Shown piece by piece: positions 30,072 through 39,943 of a stretch of DNA of 64,000 nt. Location: positions 32,001 through 96,000 of the forward strand of contig JAZUKI010000003.1 of NCBI GenBank assembly GCA_045643205.1, given 5' to 3'. A program made the position numbers and the translations under genes. The first letter of the stretch is position 1. The number at the start of each line of letters is the position of its first letter. The DNA comes from Clostridia bacterium. Its GTDB lineage: Bacteria > Bacillota > Clostridia > TANB77 > CAG-508. Under the pieces are notes generated by a model. That model did not search any database. It had not been told where the DNA came from and saw only the letters and a program-made list of their open reading frames with translations.

Positions 30072-30788
30072 TCATTTATTATATATAGTTTTTATTTCAT
30101 CAGTATAACTTCCATCTTCATTATAAATGATGAGAGGTTTCTCAACGGTGACAAAGGTTCCGCCGTTTTTTACTGCTTTAATTAATACTAAATTAGATTG
30201 CTCACTTAACTTTGAATGAACAAATCTCAATCTTTTTATTGCTAGTTTGTTTTTTTCTAGTTCTTTTATTAATTCACCTAGTCGATCTGTTCTATAAACC
30301 ATATAAAATAATCCTTTAGAATTAATTAAATTTGCTGAAATTTTAATCCATTCTGCCAAATTAACAGATGTCTCAAACCTTGATATTTGTTGCTTTTCAT
30401 TTATTGCATTAATACCTGTTCCTTGCTTTTTATATGGAGGATTTGTAACAACTACATCAAAACTATTCCTATCATATTCATTAAAAACATTTTGTATATC
30501 TATATTTTTAATTTCTGCATTCTCTAGTTTGTTAAGTTCTATGCTTCTTTTTGCCAAATTGGCAACTTCTTCTTGTTTTTCAAAACCTATTATCTTCTTT
30601 GGTTTTACTTTTTTTGAAAGAAGTATTGTTAAAACTCCTGTACCTGTTCCTAAATCTGCAATTAAAGAATTGTTCTTTATATCTCTTGCAAAATCTGTTA
30701 ATAAAACACTATCTATTCCAAATCTAAAACCATCTGTGTCTTGAATAATTTTTAAATTTTCATATTGTAAATCATCTATTCTTTCCAT
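30072..30788 (-). CDS. tRNA1(Val) A37 N6-methyltransferase family (YabB-like; start revised to ATG 30788)
   Basis: MERIDDL, FRFGIDSVLL, DLGTGTG, NPPY; adjacent to rsmI. Confidence 0.9.
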   Translation of the reverse strand: MERIDDLQYENLKIIQDTDGFRFGIDSVLLTDFARDIKNNSLIADLGTGTGVLTILLSKKVKPKKIIGFEKQEEVANLAKRSIELNKLENAEIKNIDIQNVFNEYDRNSFDVVVTNPPYKKQGTGINAINEKQQISRFETSVNLAEWIKISANLINSKGLFYMVYRTDRLGELIKELEKNKLAIKRLRFVHSKLSEQSNLVLIKAVKNGGTFVTVEKPLIIYNEDGSYTDEIKTIYNK

Positions 30789-30824
30789 ACGCTTATTATA
30801 TATTACTTTCCTTTTTCTTTCAAT

Positions 30825-30853
30825 AAAAAACAAGGGGCGCTACATGCACCCCC
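30825..30853 (-). terminator. Intrinsic terminator
   Basis: GGGGTGC-ATGTA-GCGCCCC-TTGTTTTTT on the minus strand. Confidence 0.75.
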
Positions 30854-30876
30854 ATCTATCATGAACAAAAATACAA

Positions 30877-31515
30877 TTAAATTTTTCTACTATATTTGTT
30901 CATGATAAAAACTTCATACTTCGCTTTTTCTTCAGCTGTTTTTGGTAAAGCCAGTCCATACTCCTCGACTTCAAGGAACAAACCAAATTGGAATAAAAGA
31001 ATCGTTAAAATTCTTCCTTTGTTTCCTAGTTTTAGAATGTTACCTTTTAAGTCAGTTTTGCAAAAGCAGGAAAAAGATTTATCGGGATGCTTTAAGTAAT
31101 AGCAAATCTCGTTTTTTTCTCTTGATTTTGTAAAACTATACTTTGTAGGTTCCGGGATGCACTTCTGAAGCATTGCATTTGTTTCAGGATCTAAATAGAT
31201 AATCTCTAATAAATCCTGAATTTTCAAGTATTCTTCAGATTGTAGATTTTTAAAATCTATTCTTCCGCAACTCTTATGTAGAGAAATGGTAATCTCTTTT
31301 AACTCCCTATTGGAGTCCCAAAATTTAATGGTTTTGCTTTCATCACCTCTCCCCATTTTCTCTACTCTGTAATCGTACATTTTTTCAAAATCAATAAATT
31401 TCATTTCCTGTATGATTTCAGATGTTGATAATTCTAGCCCCATGAGGCTAATGGCTTTGCCTATTTGATTATAAGCTCTTACAATGGTTTCTGGGTTCAC
31501 TATTCTCATATGCAT
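30877..31515 (-). CDS. Hypothetical protein, standalone transcription unit
   Basis: AAGGAGG RBS, TTGAAA-17-TATAAT promoter, own terminator; no family recognised. Confidence 0.75.
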   Translation of the reverse strand: MHMRIVNPETIVRAYNQIGKAISLMGLELSTSEIIQEMKFIDFEKMYDYRVEKMGRGDESKTIKFWDSNRELKEITISLHKSCGRIDFKNLQSEEYLKIQDLLEIIYLDPETNAMLQKCIPEPTKYSFTKSREKNEICYYLKHPDKSFSCFCKTDLKGNILKLGNKGRILTILLFQFGLFLEVEEYGLALPKTAEEKAKYEVFIMNKYSRKI

Positions 31516-31738
31516 TCCTCCTTGCTGCGTAACCCTAAAATAAAAAAAGTTTGAAGTTCTTGCGAAAAAAATAACGCGTTTGAATTATATCATAGTTAAC
31601 ATAATTTTTCAATAAAAACCTCTATTTTTCCTACTACTATCGTTTTTTCAACCCGTTGTAAAAATTGACTTTTGAGGCTCTTTTTTATATAATATGCAAG
31701 AAATTTAAGCGTTTTAATACGCAAACATAGGAGGCATC

Positions 31739-34700
31739 ATGTCAAAATTACTTCATGTAGGTTTAGATGTTGGTTCTACAACAGTAAAAATTGTTGTTAT
31801 GGATGACAAACTAAACACTATATACTCTAGTTACGAAAGACATTATTCTGATACAAAAAATACTGTATGCAAGGTTTTAACTGACTTTGCTGAAAAATAT
31901 AAAGACTATGAATATACTATAGCCTTAACTGGTTCTGGAGCTATGTCTGCTGCCAGATTTTTAGATTTACCTTTTATCCAAGAGGTAGTTGCTTGTAAAA
32001 GATCTGTAGAAAAATATATTCCAGAAACAGATGTAGTAATTGAACTTGGTGGTGAAGATGCAAAGATTATTTACTTTGGTAAATCTATTGAACAAAGAAT
32101 GAATGGAACTTGTGCTGGCGGTACTGGTGCATTCATTGATCAAATGGCTTCTTTACTAAATACTGATTCTACAGGTTTAAATGAATTAGCTAAAGATCAT
32201 AAAATGATATACCCTATTGCATCTCGTTGCGGTGTTTTTGCCAAGACAGATGTTCAACCACTAATAAATGAAGGTGCTGAAAAAGCTGATATTGCTGCTT
32301 CAATTTTTCAAGCAGTTGTTAATCAAACAATTTCAGGCCTTGCTTGTGGTAGACCTATTAGAGGAAAAATTGCTTTCCTTGGTGGTCCACTAAATTACTT
32401 ATCTGAATTAAGAAATCGTTTTATTGAAACTTTACAATTAACAGATGAAAAAACAATAGTACCAAAAGATGCTCACTTATTAGTTGCTAAAGGTTCTGCA
32501 CTTGAATCTTGTGAAAGTAAATCAATAACTAACGAAAAATTAAAATCAAAAATTAAGATGTTAGAAAGTTCTCATGATTCTACATCAAAACCTTTAAATC
32601 CTTTATTTGTAACAACAAGCGAGTATGAGCAATTTAAAGAAAGACACTCAAAAGCTAAAGTTCCAAAAAAAGATTTGAAAGATTTCAAAGGTGATTGTTT
32701 CCTTGGAATTGATGCTGGTTCAACAACAACTAAAATTGCATTAACTGATATGGATGATAATTTATTGTACTCAATGTATAAGAGTAATGAAGGTTCTCCT
32801 TTAAAATCAGTTATGGCAATGTTAAAAGATTTATATAAAATACTACCTAAAGACGCTAAACTTAGATATAGTGGTGTTACAGGCTATGGTGAATCATTAA
32901 TTAAAACTGCATTAAATGTAGATTTAGGTGAGATAGAAACAATCGCACACTATACTGCGGCAAAAAGATTTATGCCAGATGTTACTTCTATTGTTGACAT
33001 CGGTGGTCAAGACATGAAGTACATTAAAATTAAAGATGGTTCTATAAACAACATAATGTTGAATGAAGCATGTTCTTCAGGATGTGGTTCATTTATAGAA
33101 ACATTTTCTAAAAGTTTAAATTTACCTATTGAAGAATTTGTTGAAGCAGCTTTAGAATCTCGTTCACCTGTTGACTTAGGTTCTAGATGTACTGTTTTCA
33201 TGAATTCTAAAATTAAGCAAGCACAAAAAGAAGGTTCAACAGTCGGAGATATTTCTGCTGGTCTTTCTTATTCAGTTATTAAAAATGCTATTCAAAAGGT
33301 TATGAAAATTAGAGATGTAGAAACACTTGGAAATAATATAGTTGTTCAAGGAGGTACATTCTATAATGATGCAATTTTAAGAGCCTTTGAATTAATTGTT
33401 GGTAAAGAAGTTATTCGTCCTGATATAGCAGGTTTAATGGGAGCTTATGGTGTTGCCATTATCGCTAAAGAACAATACGAAGCAAACTTAGATATGACTT
33501 ATCATTCAACAATTTCTAGCGAAGAAGATATTGATAAATTAGAAATTAAAACAAATCATGTTCGTTGCCAAGGATGTGAAAACCATTGCTTATTAACAAT
33601 TAATATTTTCAATAATGGTCAAAGACATATTAGCGGTAATAGATGTGAAAAGGGTGCTGGTATAGTTAATAAAACAGGTGCCCTTCCTAACATTTATAAA
33701 TATAAACAAGAAAGATTATTTGATTATTACAAGCCTCTTTCTGAAGAAGAAGCAACTCGTGGAACTATTGGTATTCCTAGAGTTTTAAATATGTATGAGG
33801 ATTATCCTTTCTGGTTTACTTTCCTAACAAAATTAGGATTTAGAGTAATTATCAGTGAAAAATCAAATAGAAAAACTTATGAAAAAGGAATGGAATCCAT
33901 GCCATCTGAATCAGTATGTTACCCTGCAAAACTTTCACATGGTCATATTGTAAGTTTGATTCAACAAGGTATTAAAACAATTTTCTATCCTTGTATTCCT
34001 TATTCAAGAAAAGAATTTTCACAAGCTGACAATCATTATAATTGTCCAATTGTTATTTCTTATTCAGAAGTTTTGAAAAACAATGTTGAAGAATTAAAAG
34101 ATGTTAAATTTATTAATCCATTCTTACCTTTTGACGTTAAGAAATTAGTAGAAACAATTCAAGACTTACCTGAATTTAAAGAATATAAATTTAAGAAACA
34201 TGAACTTATGCAAGCTGCAAAAGCTGCAGAAGAAGAATATCAACACTTTAAAGATGATGTACAAGCTGAAGGTCAAAAAGCACTTGATTATATAGAAAAA
34301 AATAATGCTCGTGGAATTGTTTTAGCTGGACGTCCATATCATGTTGATCCAGAAGTTAACCATGGTATTGATACATTAATTACCTCATTAGGATTAGTTG
34401 TTTTATCTGAAGATAGTATTCAAAATCAAGCTGATATTAGACACAATTTAAGAGTTGTTAATCAATGGGTTTACCACTCTCGTCTTTACGCAGCAGCTGA
34501 TTTCGTAGGACAAAGAGCTAATTTAGAATTAGTACAACTAAATTCATTTGGTTGTGGTGTTGATGCTGTTACTACTGATCAAGTAGATGAAATTTTATCA
34601 AGCTATGACAAAATGTATACATTAATTAAAATTGATGAAGTTAATAACTTAGGTGCTGTTAAAATTAGAATACGTTCACTTCTAGCTAGTATGAATAAAC

Positions 34701-36031
34701 GTATGCAAGCTACTAAGACTGAATCTTATACTAAATTGTTAGATGATGATTTTGACCTTGGTAATTATGAAAGAAATAGAGTTGAATATACTAAAGAAAT
34801 GAATGACTCTGGTTATACAATCTTATGTCCACAAATGGCTCCAATTCATTTTGAAATACTTGAAGAAGCTGTTAAATCATGTGGTTATAACTTTGTTGTT
34901 TTAAAAGAATGTACTGAACATACAGTTGAAATTGGATTAAAGTATGTAAATAATGATGCTTGTTATCCATCAATTTTAACTACAGGACAATTAATAGAAG
35001 CTTTACAATCAGGTAAATATGATATTAATAAAACTGCAGTTATAATGTCTCAAACTGGTGGTGGATGTAGAGCTACAAACTATATAGGTTTCATTAGAAA
35101 AGCAATGAAAGATGCTGGATACTCAAATGTTCCTGTTGTTTCATTCAATGTTGTTGGTATGGAAAAGATGACAGGTTTCAAACTAACACCTAAATTAATT
35201 GGTAGACTTTCTAAAGCTGTTATCTACGGTGACTTACTTCAAAAGCTTGCTGCAAGAAACAGAGCTTATGAAGTTAATAAAGGCGATACACAAAAAGTTT
35301 ATGATAAATGGCTTACCAAGTGTAAACACTTGGTTCATGGAACTACATTTAAAGAATTTAAAAAGAGTTTATATGACATGGTTGATGACTTTGAAGAAAT
35401 TAAAGTTGATATGTCAAAACAAAAACCTAAAGTTGGAATCGTTGGTGAAGTATTAATTAAGTATCAACCATTTGGAAACAACTTTGTTGGACAAAAGTTA
35501 GAAGATGCTGGTTGTGAGGTTATTTATCCTGAATTTATGGGCTTCATTAAGTTTATCGCTACCCATAAAATTACATTTAATCAATTAATTAAAACAAACT
35601 CAAAATCAGCCAGAATTTTCAAGGTTGTTATTAAATTAATAGAATTAATAGAGAAAGATATAAAAACGGCTCTATTGACATCCTCGAAAGAATACTTGCT
35701 ACCTGCAAACATCTTTGAACTAGAAAAAAATGTAGATGACATTTTATCAATTGGAAATCAAACTGGTGAAGGATGGTTTTTAACTGCAGAGATGGTTGAG
35801 TATATTGAAAATGGAATTACAAATATTGTTTGTGTTCAACCTTTTGCTTGCTTACCAAACCATGTTGTTGGTAAAGGTGTTATAAAAACAATTAGAGATA
35901 AATATCCTATGGCTAATATCTCTCCTATTGATTATGATCCTGGTGCATCAGAAGCAAACCAAACAAATAGATTAAAATTATTAATTGCTGTTGCAAAAGA
36001 TAATTTAAAAAATGAACAAAATAATGATTAA
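31739..36031 (+). CDS. Fused 2-hydroxyacyl-CoA dehydratase activator-type (CoA-activase) multidomain protein
   Basis: Two ASKHA ATPase modules (GLDVGSTT...CAGGTG; GIDAGSTT...CSSGCG) plus dehydratase-like domains (SESVCYPAK, NNDACYP, QPFACLPN). Confidence 0.88.
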   Translation: MSKLLHVGLDVGSTTVKIVVMDDKLNTIYSSYERHYSDTKNTVCKVLTDFAEKYKDYEYTIALTGSGAMSAARFLDLPFIQEVVACKRSVEKYIPETDVVIELGGEDAKIIYFGKSIEQRMNGTCAGGTGAFIDQMASLLNTDSTGLNELAKDHKMIYPIASRCGVFAKTDVQPLINEGAEKADIAASIFQAVVNQTISGLACGRPIRGKIAFLGGPLNYLSELRNRFIETLQLTDEKTIVPKDAHLLVAKGSALESCESKSITNEKLKSKIKMLESSHDSTSKPLNPLFVTTSEYEQFKERHSKAKVPKKDLKDFKGDCFLGIDAGSTTTKIALTDMDDNLLYSMYKSNEGSPLKSVMAMLKDLYKILPKDAKLRYSGVTGYGESLIKTALNVDLGEIETIAHYTAAKRFMPDVTSIVDIGGQDMKYIKIKDGSINNIMLNEACSSGCGSFIETFSKSLNLPIEEFVEAALESRSPVDLGSRCTVFMNSKIKQAQKEGSTVGDISAGLSYSVIKNAIQKVMKIRDVETLGNNIVVQGGTFYNDAILRAFELIVGKEVIRPDIAGLMGAYGVAIIAKEQYEANLDMTYHSTISSEEDIDKLEIKTNHVRCQGCENHCLLTINIFNNGQRHISGNRCEKGAGIVNKTGALPNIYKYKQERLFDYYKPLSEEEATRGTIGIPRVLNMYEDYPFWFTFLTKLGFRVIISEKSNRKTYEKGMESMPSESVCYPAKLSHGHIVSLIQQGIKTIFYPCIPYSRKEFSQADNHYNCPIVISYSEVLKNNVEELKDVKFINPFLPFDVKKLVETIQDLPEFKEYKFKKHELMQAAKAAEEEYQHFKDDVQAEGQKALDYIEKNNARGIVLAGRPYHVDPEVNHGIDTLITSLGLVVLSEDSIQNQADIRHNLRVVNQWVYHSRLYAAADFVGQRANLELVQLNSFGCGVDAVTTDQVDEILSSYDKMYTLIKIDEVNNLGAVKIRIRSLLASMNKRMQATKTESYTKLLDDDFDLGNYERNRVEYTKEMNDSGYTILCPQMAPIHFEILEEAVKSCGYNFVVLKECTEHTVEIGLKYVNNDACYPSILTTGQLIEALQSGKYDINKTAVIMSQTGGGCRATNYIGFIRKAMKDAGYSNVPVVSFNVVGMEKMTGFKLTPKLIGRLSKAVIYGDLLQKLAARNRAYEVNKGDTQKVYDKWLTKCKHLVHGTTFKEFKKSLYDMVDDFEEIKVDMSKQKPKVGIVGEVLIKYQPFGNNFVGQKLEDAGCEVIYPEFMGFIKFIATHKITFNQLIKTNSKSARIFKVVIKLIELIEKDIKTALLTSSKEYLLPANIFELEKNVDDILSIGNQTGEGWFLTAEMVEYIENGITNIVCVQPFACLPNHVVGKGVIKTIRDKYPMANISPIDYDPGASEANQTNRLKLLIAVAKDNLKNEQNND

Positions 36032-36054
36032 AACGTTTTAGAAAGGAGTGCCTC

Positions 36055-36540
36055 ATGAGCAAATTTACACCCAAAGAAACATATCGTAAAATATCTGATA
36101 TAAGTTTAGACTACTTAGAAAACGATGTAGGAATTAAGGGTTTAATATTTGATTTTGATGGCACTCTTCAACTAAAATGGCATGTTTCAAAATCAACATT
36201 TGAATTCATAAAAGAAGCCAAAGCTAGTGGACTTAAGGTTTCTGTAGTAAGTAATAATATTCATATTAATGATTTCTTAATTAGAAAAATGAATATAGTT
36301 TCAGTTAAAAAATTTGCTTTAAAACCTTTTAAAAAATCTCTTTTAGATATGGCCAAAAGAATGAAATTACAACCTGAGCAAATTGCTTTTGTTGGAAACA
36401 ATAGATTTACAGATATTTTTGGAGCTAATAGAGCTGGAATGTATTCAATTTATATTCAAAACAATATTAATAATTTTTTTACTAAGCACAGAACAAAAAA
36501 TTCATTAGAAAACAAAGGTATTAATAAAATAGATGATTAG
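36055..36540 (+). CDS. YqeG-like HAD IIIA phosphatase
   Basis: DFDGTL, VSNN, KP, VGNNRFTDIFGANRAG. Confidence 0.82.
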   Translation: MSKFTPKETYRKISDISLDYLENDVGIKGLIFDFDGTLQLKWHVSKSTFEFIKEAKASGLKVSVVSNNIHINDFLIRKMNIVSVKKFALKPFKKSLLDMAKRMKLQPEQIAFVGNNRFTDIFGANRAGMYSIYIQNNINNFFTKHRTKNSLENKGINKIDD

Positions 36541-36575
36541 TCCTTTATTATTCTTAACATTTATTAATACAATTG

Positions 36576-36604
36576 TTGACACACGCTTTTAAATGTGCTA
36601 ATAT
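36576..36604 (+). promoter_or_regulatory. SigA promoter of the tRNA pair
   Basis: TTGACA-17-TAATAT with extended TG. Confidence 0.75.
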
Positions 36605-36629
36605 AACTATGTTGCAAAATTGCAAACAC

Positions 36630-36721
36630 GCAGAGGTGGTCGAGTTGGTTGATGGCACCAGTCTTGAAAATTGGCAAGGGTTTATAGCCCTTCGTGGGTT
36701 CGAATCCCACCCTCTGCGCCA
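36630..36721 (+). tRNA. tRNA-Ser(TGA)
   Basis: GCAGAGG/CCTCTGC acceptor, CCAGT-CT-TGA-AA-ATTGG, long variable arm, CCA. Confidence 0.94.
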
Positions 36722-36754
36722 TTTTTTTATTTAAAATTTATTAACCAAACACAT

Positions 36755-36846
36755 GGAGATTTACCCAAGTGGTTGAAGGGGACAGTTTGCTAAACTGTTA
36801 GGGTTCGTTTAGGGCCGCGAGAGTTCAAATCTCTCAATCTCCGCCA
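36755..36846 (+). tRNA. tRNA-Ser(GCT)
   Basis: GGAGATT/AATCTCC acceptor, ACAGT-TT-GCT-AA-ACTGT, long variable arm, CCA. Confidence 0.94.
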
Positions 36847-36847
36847 T

Positions 36848-36880
36848 AAAAAAAGATATGATTTAATCATATCTTTTTTT
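36848..36880. terminator. Bidirectional terminator
   Basis: aaaaaagatatgat-tta-atcatatctttttt. Confidence 0.8.
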
Positions 36881-36949
36881 ATTTTATATATATTTAATTT
36901 TGTTATTTTTAATATACTTTTATAAACCTTCTTTATTTATGCGTAATTT

Positions 36950-37423
36950 TTATTGTTTAACATTCATTGCAATTTTCAATGCATCTGTTTCTTCTACAGA
37001 CAATGTTGAATTTGCTTTTCCTTCATTTATTGATTTAGCAAATACATTTGATCCATCAATACTATAAACACTATTAAGAATTACTCCTGTATTTTCTCTA
37101 TTTAATAATGCAATTGCAAAACTTAATTTATTTCTTGTATTACTATATGCATCATATTTAATAATTCCAATTTTGCTTACGGATTTAAGCGAATCATCGT
37201 TTAGCTTTCTGCAAAACTCAATTATTTCATCATCTCTTTTATCAATTTCATTTACTTTTTCAATATATGTTTTTAATATTTCAGTTATGTCTTGTCCTTT
37301 ACCTAAACTTAGTGCAAGTCTTTCATAACGATATTTAGTTTTTAATGTTAATAATAAACTTATAGTTGCAATAGTTAGTGTGCTAACTATTAATACTAAT
37401 TCTACAATATCTATAGCTTCCAC
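36950..37423 (-). CDS. DUF4446-like membrane-anchored protein
   Basis: N-terminal TM, KIGIIKYDAY...LSFAIALL...FAKSI...LSVEE; usual clostridial position after parB. Confidence 0.8.
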   Translation of the reverse strand: MEAIDIVELVLIVSTLTIATISLLLTLKTKYRYERLALSLGKGQDITEILKTYIEKVNEIDKRDDEIIEFCRKLNDDSLKSVSKIGIIKYDAYSNTRNKLSFAIALLNRENTGVILNSVYSIDGSNVFAKSINEGKANSTLSVEETDALKIAMNVKQ

Positions 37424-37432
37424 GAAACGTTT

Positions 37433-38299
37433 CTATCCCTTTCTTATTAAGCTTAGCATCCTCTCTAATTCATCATTTGTAGAATATTGAATAATAATTT
37501 TTCCGCTATGAGCGCCTGCATTTAATTTTACTTTTGTTCCAAAAAAGTCTTGGAATGAATCCTCTATATCTCTATATACAGCCTCATATTTTTTATTTTT
37601 CTTTGGCATTTTCTTTTTTCTTTTTACTATATCTTCAATATCTTTTACAGTACTTCCTTTTTCAATTATATTAAGTGCTGCTTGATATTGTTCATCACCG
37701 TCAGTTATTGCTAATAAAGTTTTGCAATGTCCTTCTGATAATTTTCCTTCAGCTGCAAGCTCTAAGACTCTAGAATCAAGGTTTAGAAGTCTTAATGTAT
37801 TTGTTGCATATGTTCTACTAATACCTAATTTATCTGCTAGCTGTTGTTGTGTCATATTATAATTATCTATTAATTCTTTATATCCAAATGCTTTTTCAAT
37901 TGGATTTAAATTTTCTCTTTGTATATTTTCTATTAAAGAAATTTCTTTATTCTTTTGTTCATCTTCATCTCTGACAATACATGGTATCTTCTCCAAACCC
38001 GCTAATTTAGAGGCTCTCCATCTTCTTTCACCAGCTATAATTCTATAATATTTTCCTTTATTTTCAACAACGATAGGTTGAATTAATCCATAATTTTTAA
38101 TTGATGCAGCTAATTCATTTAAAGCTTCTTCATCAAATTTCTTTCTTGCTTGTGTTGGATTTGGTTCAATATCAACGATTTTGATATTTTTAATTTTATC
38201 ATCATCACTTTGTACAACTTCTTTTTTCATTTCAGAAAGAACTTTACTTTCAGAAAATAACGCGTCAAGTCCTTTTCCTAATCCTGAGTTTTTTGCCAT
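37433..38299 (-). CDS. parB: Chromosome partitioning protein ParB/Spo0J
   Basis: GLGKGLDAL, GLIQPIVV, AGERRWRA, ENIQRENLNPIE. Confidence 0.96.
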   Translation of the reverse strand: MAKNSGLGKGLDALFSESKVLSEMKKEVVQSDDDKIKNIKIVDIEPNPTQARKKFDEEALNELAASIKNYGLIQPIVVENKGKYYRIIAGERRWRASKLAGLEKIPCIVRDEDEQKNKEISLIENIQRENLNPIEKAFGYKELIDNYNMTQQQLADKLGISRTYATNTLRLLNLDSRVLELAAEGKLSEGHCKTLLAITDGDEQYQAALNIIEKGSTVKDIEDIVKRKKKMPKKNKKYEAVYRDIEDSFQDFFGTKVKLNAGAHSGKIIIQYSTNDELERMLSLIRKG

Positions 38300-38339
38300 T
38301 TGTATATCCTCTTTTCTTTAATTATTAATACAATTATTA

Positions 38340-39104
38340 CTATTGTTCATTCTTCTTTAAAAACTCTTTAACCAGTTTTTCGTAGGCACGTCCGCCTTTT
38401 GAGAATGGATCATAACTTGAAATAGGTTCTCCATAACTTGGTGCTTCACTTAGTCTAACATTTCTTGGAATTAATGTTTCAAAAACTCTATTTTCAAAAA
38501 ACTTTTTAACTTGTTCCACTACTTGATTTGAAAGTTTTGTACGTGGATCATACATTGTTAATAAAGCACCTTCAACAGTTAAATGTTTATTATAATATTT
38601 TCTAACTAAATCAACTGTTTTTAATAATTCTCCAACTCCTTCAAGTGCAAAGTATTCGCATTGTACAGGAATTAATACACTATCAGATGCAGTTAATGCA
38701 TTTAATGTAATTAGTCCTAATGATGGTGGGCAATCAATAATTATATAATCATAATTATCACGAGCATTATCAATTTTTTCTTTTAATCTATATTCTCTTC
38801 CCATTGCATTAACAAGCTCAACCTCAGCACCAGCAAGGCTTAGATTGGTTGGACATAAATCTAGATTTTTAATATCACATTGTTGAATTGCATTTACTAT
38901 TTCAACATCATTAATTAAAATATCATATGTTGAAAATTGACAATCCTTACTAACCCCAAGCCCACTTGTAGCGTTACCTTGAGGATCTGCATCTATTAAC
39001 AAAGTTTTCTTTCCCTTTTTTGCTAACATAGATGATAAATTTATTGCAGTCGTAGTTTTTCCTACTCCGCCTTTTTGATTTGCAATTGAAACTACTTTTC
39101 CCAA
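38340..39104 (-). CDS. parA: Chromosome partitioning ATPase ParA/Soj (start revised to TTG 39104)
   Basis: NQKGGVGKTT, DADPQGN, DCPPSLG, IPRNVRLSEAPS; GGAGG RBS. Confidence 0.96.
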   Translation of the reverse strand: MGKVVSIANQKGGVGKTTTAINLSSMLAKKGKKTLLIDADPQGNATSGLGVSKDCQFSTYDILINDVEIVNAIQQCDIKNLDLCPTNLSLAGAEVELVNAMGREYRLKEKIDNARDNYDYIIIDCPPSLGLITLNALTASDSVLIPVQCEYFALEGVGELLKTVDLVRKYYNKHLTVEGALLTMYDPRTKLSNQVVEQVKKFFENRVFETLIPRNVRLSEAPSYGEPISSYDPFSKGGRAYEKLVKEFLKKNEQ

Positions 39105-39183
39105 AATTATTTCCTCCAATCGACTTATAATATATAACAAAAACAAGCGATCTGTCAATACAAACCGCTTGTTATTATTCGCC

Positions 39184-39867
39184 TTAAAGTGGCATTTTTG
39201 AAGGTGTCCCAGCCTTTCTAGGATATTTTTTATTTGTTTCTTTTATTTTTCGAATAATTAAAACATTTCTTTCATTATCTGTTCCTGCAAGATTAAATTT
39301 TTTTCTATTTTCTATTTTGCAATTAAGTTCTTTTAATGCATTTGAAGCATTTTTTATTTCTTCATCAACATTAGGGCCTTTCATTACGATTATCTTTCCA
39401 TTTACTTTAGCAAATGGTGCTAAATATTCTATTAACGTAGAGAGATTGGCTACAGCCCTTGATACAACTATATCATACTGTTCTCTATATTTTTTGTTTT
39501 GCCCCATTTCTTCTGCTCTTCCATGAACAGCTTCGATATTTTCAAGTTTTAACTTATCAATAACATTATTTAAGAAGTTTATTCTTTTATTTAATGAATC
39601 CATTAAAGTAATATTTAATGTTCTATTATATATTTTTAAAGGAATTCCTGGGAAACCTGCACCTGTTCCTAAATCGAGGACTTTGCTTCCATCCTCTAAT
39701 TCTTCTCTAATTGAAAGTGAATCTACAAAATGTTTTAAAATAAAATCATCATGATCTGTAATTGCTGTTAAATTTATATTTTTATTCCACTCAATTGTTT
39801 CAGTTTCATAAAAATCGAAATTTTTGTATTGTTCTTCACTTAATTCTATATAATCTTTTAAATCCAT
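39184..39867 (-). CDS. rsmG: 16S rRNA m7G527 methyltransferase
   Basis: NLTAI, KHFVDS, DLGTGAGFPG, SRAVA, YPRKAG. Confidence 0.96.
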   Translation of the reverse strand: MDLKDYIELSEEQYKNFDFYETETIEWNKNINLTAITDHDDFILKHFVDSLSIREELEDGSKVLDLGTGAGFPGIPLKIYNRTLNITLMDSLNKRINFLNNVIDKLKLENIEAVHGRAEEMGQNKKYREQYDIVVSRAVANLSTLIEYLAPFAKVNGKIIVMKGPNVDEEIKNASNALKELNCKIENRKKFNLAGTDNERNVLIIRKIKETNKKYPRKAGTPSKMPL

Positions 39868-39943
39868 ACTATTTCCTCTATTTTTATTTACTTTTTAACT
39901 TTTTTAATATTCTGTCCTTATATTTTTAAATCTTTTATAATAT

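Noticed and set aside
31739-36031. 1430-aa activase fusion as a novel system
   Set aside because: This is a recognisable architecture common in anaerobic gut Firmicutes, and nothing unusual is visible here.
36630-36721. tRNA with TGA anticodon as a selenocysteine or suppressor tRNA
   Set aside because: Anticodon TGA reads TCA (Ser); tRNA-Sec has anticodon TCA and a longer acceptor stem.
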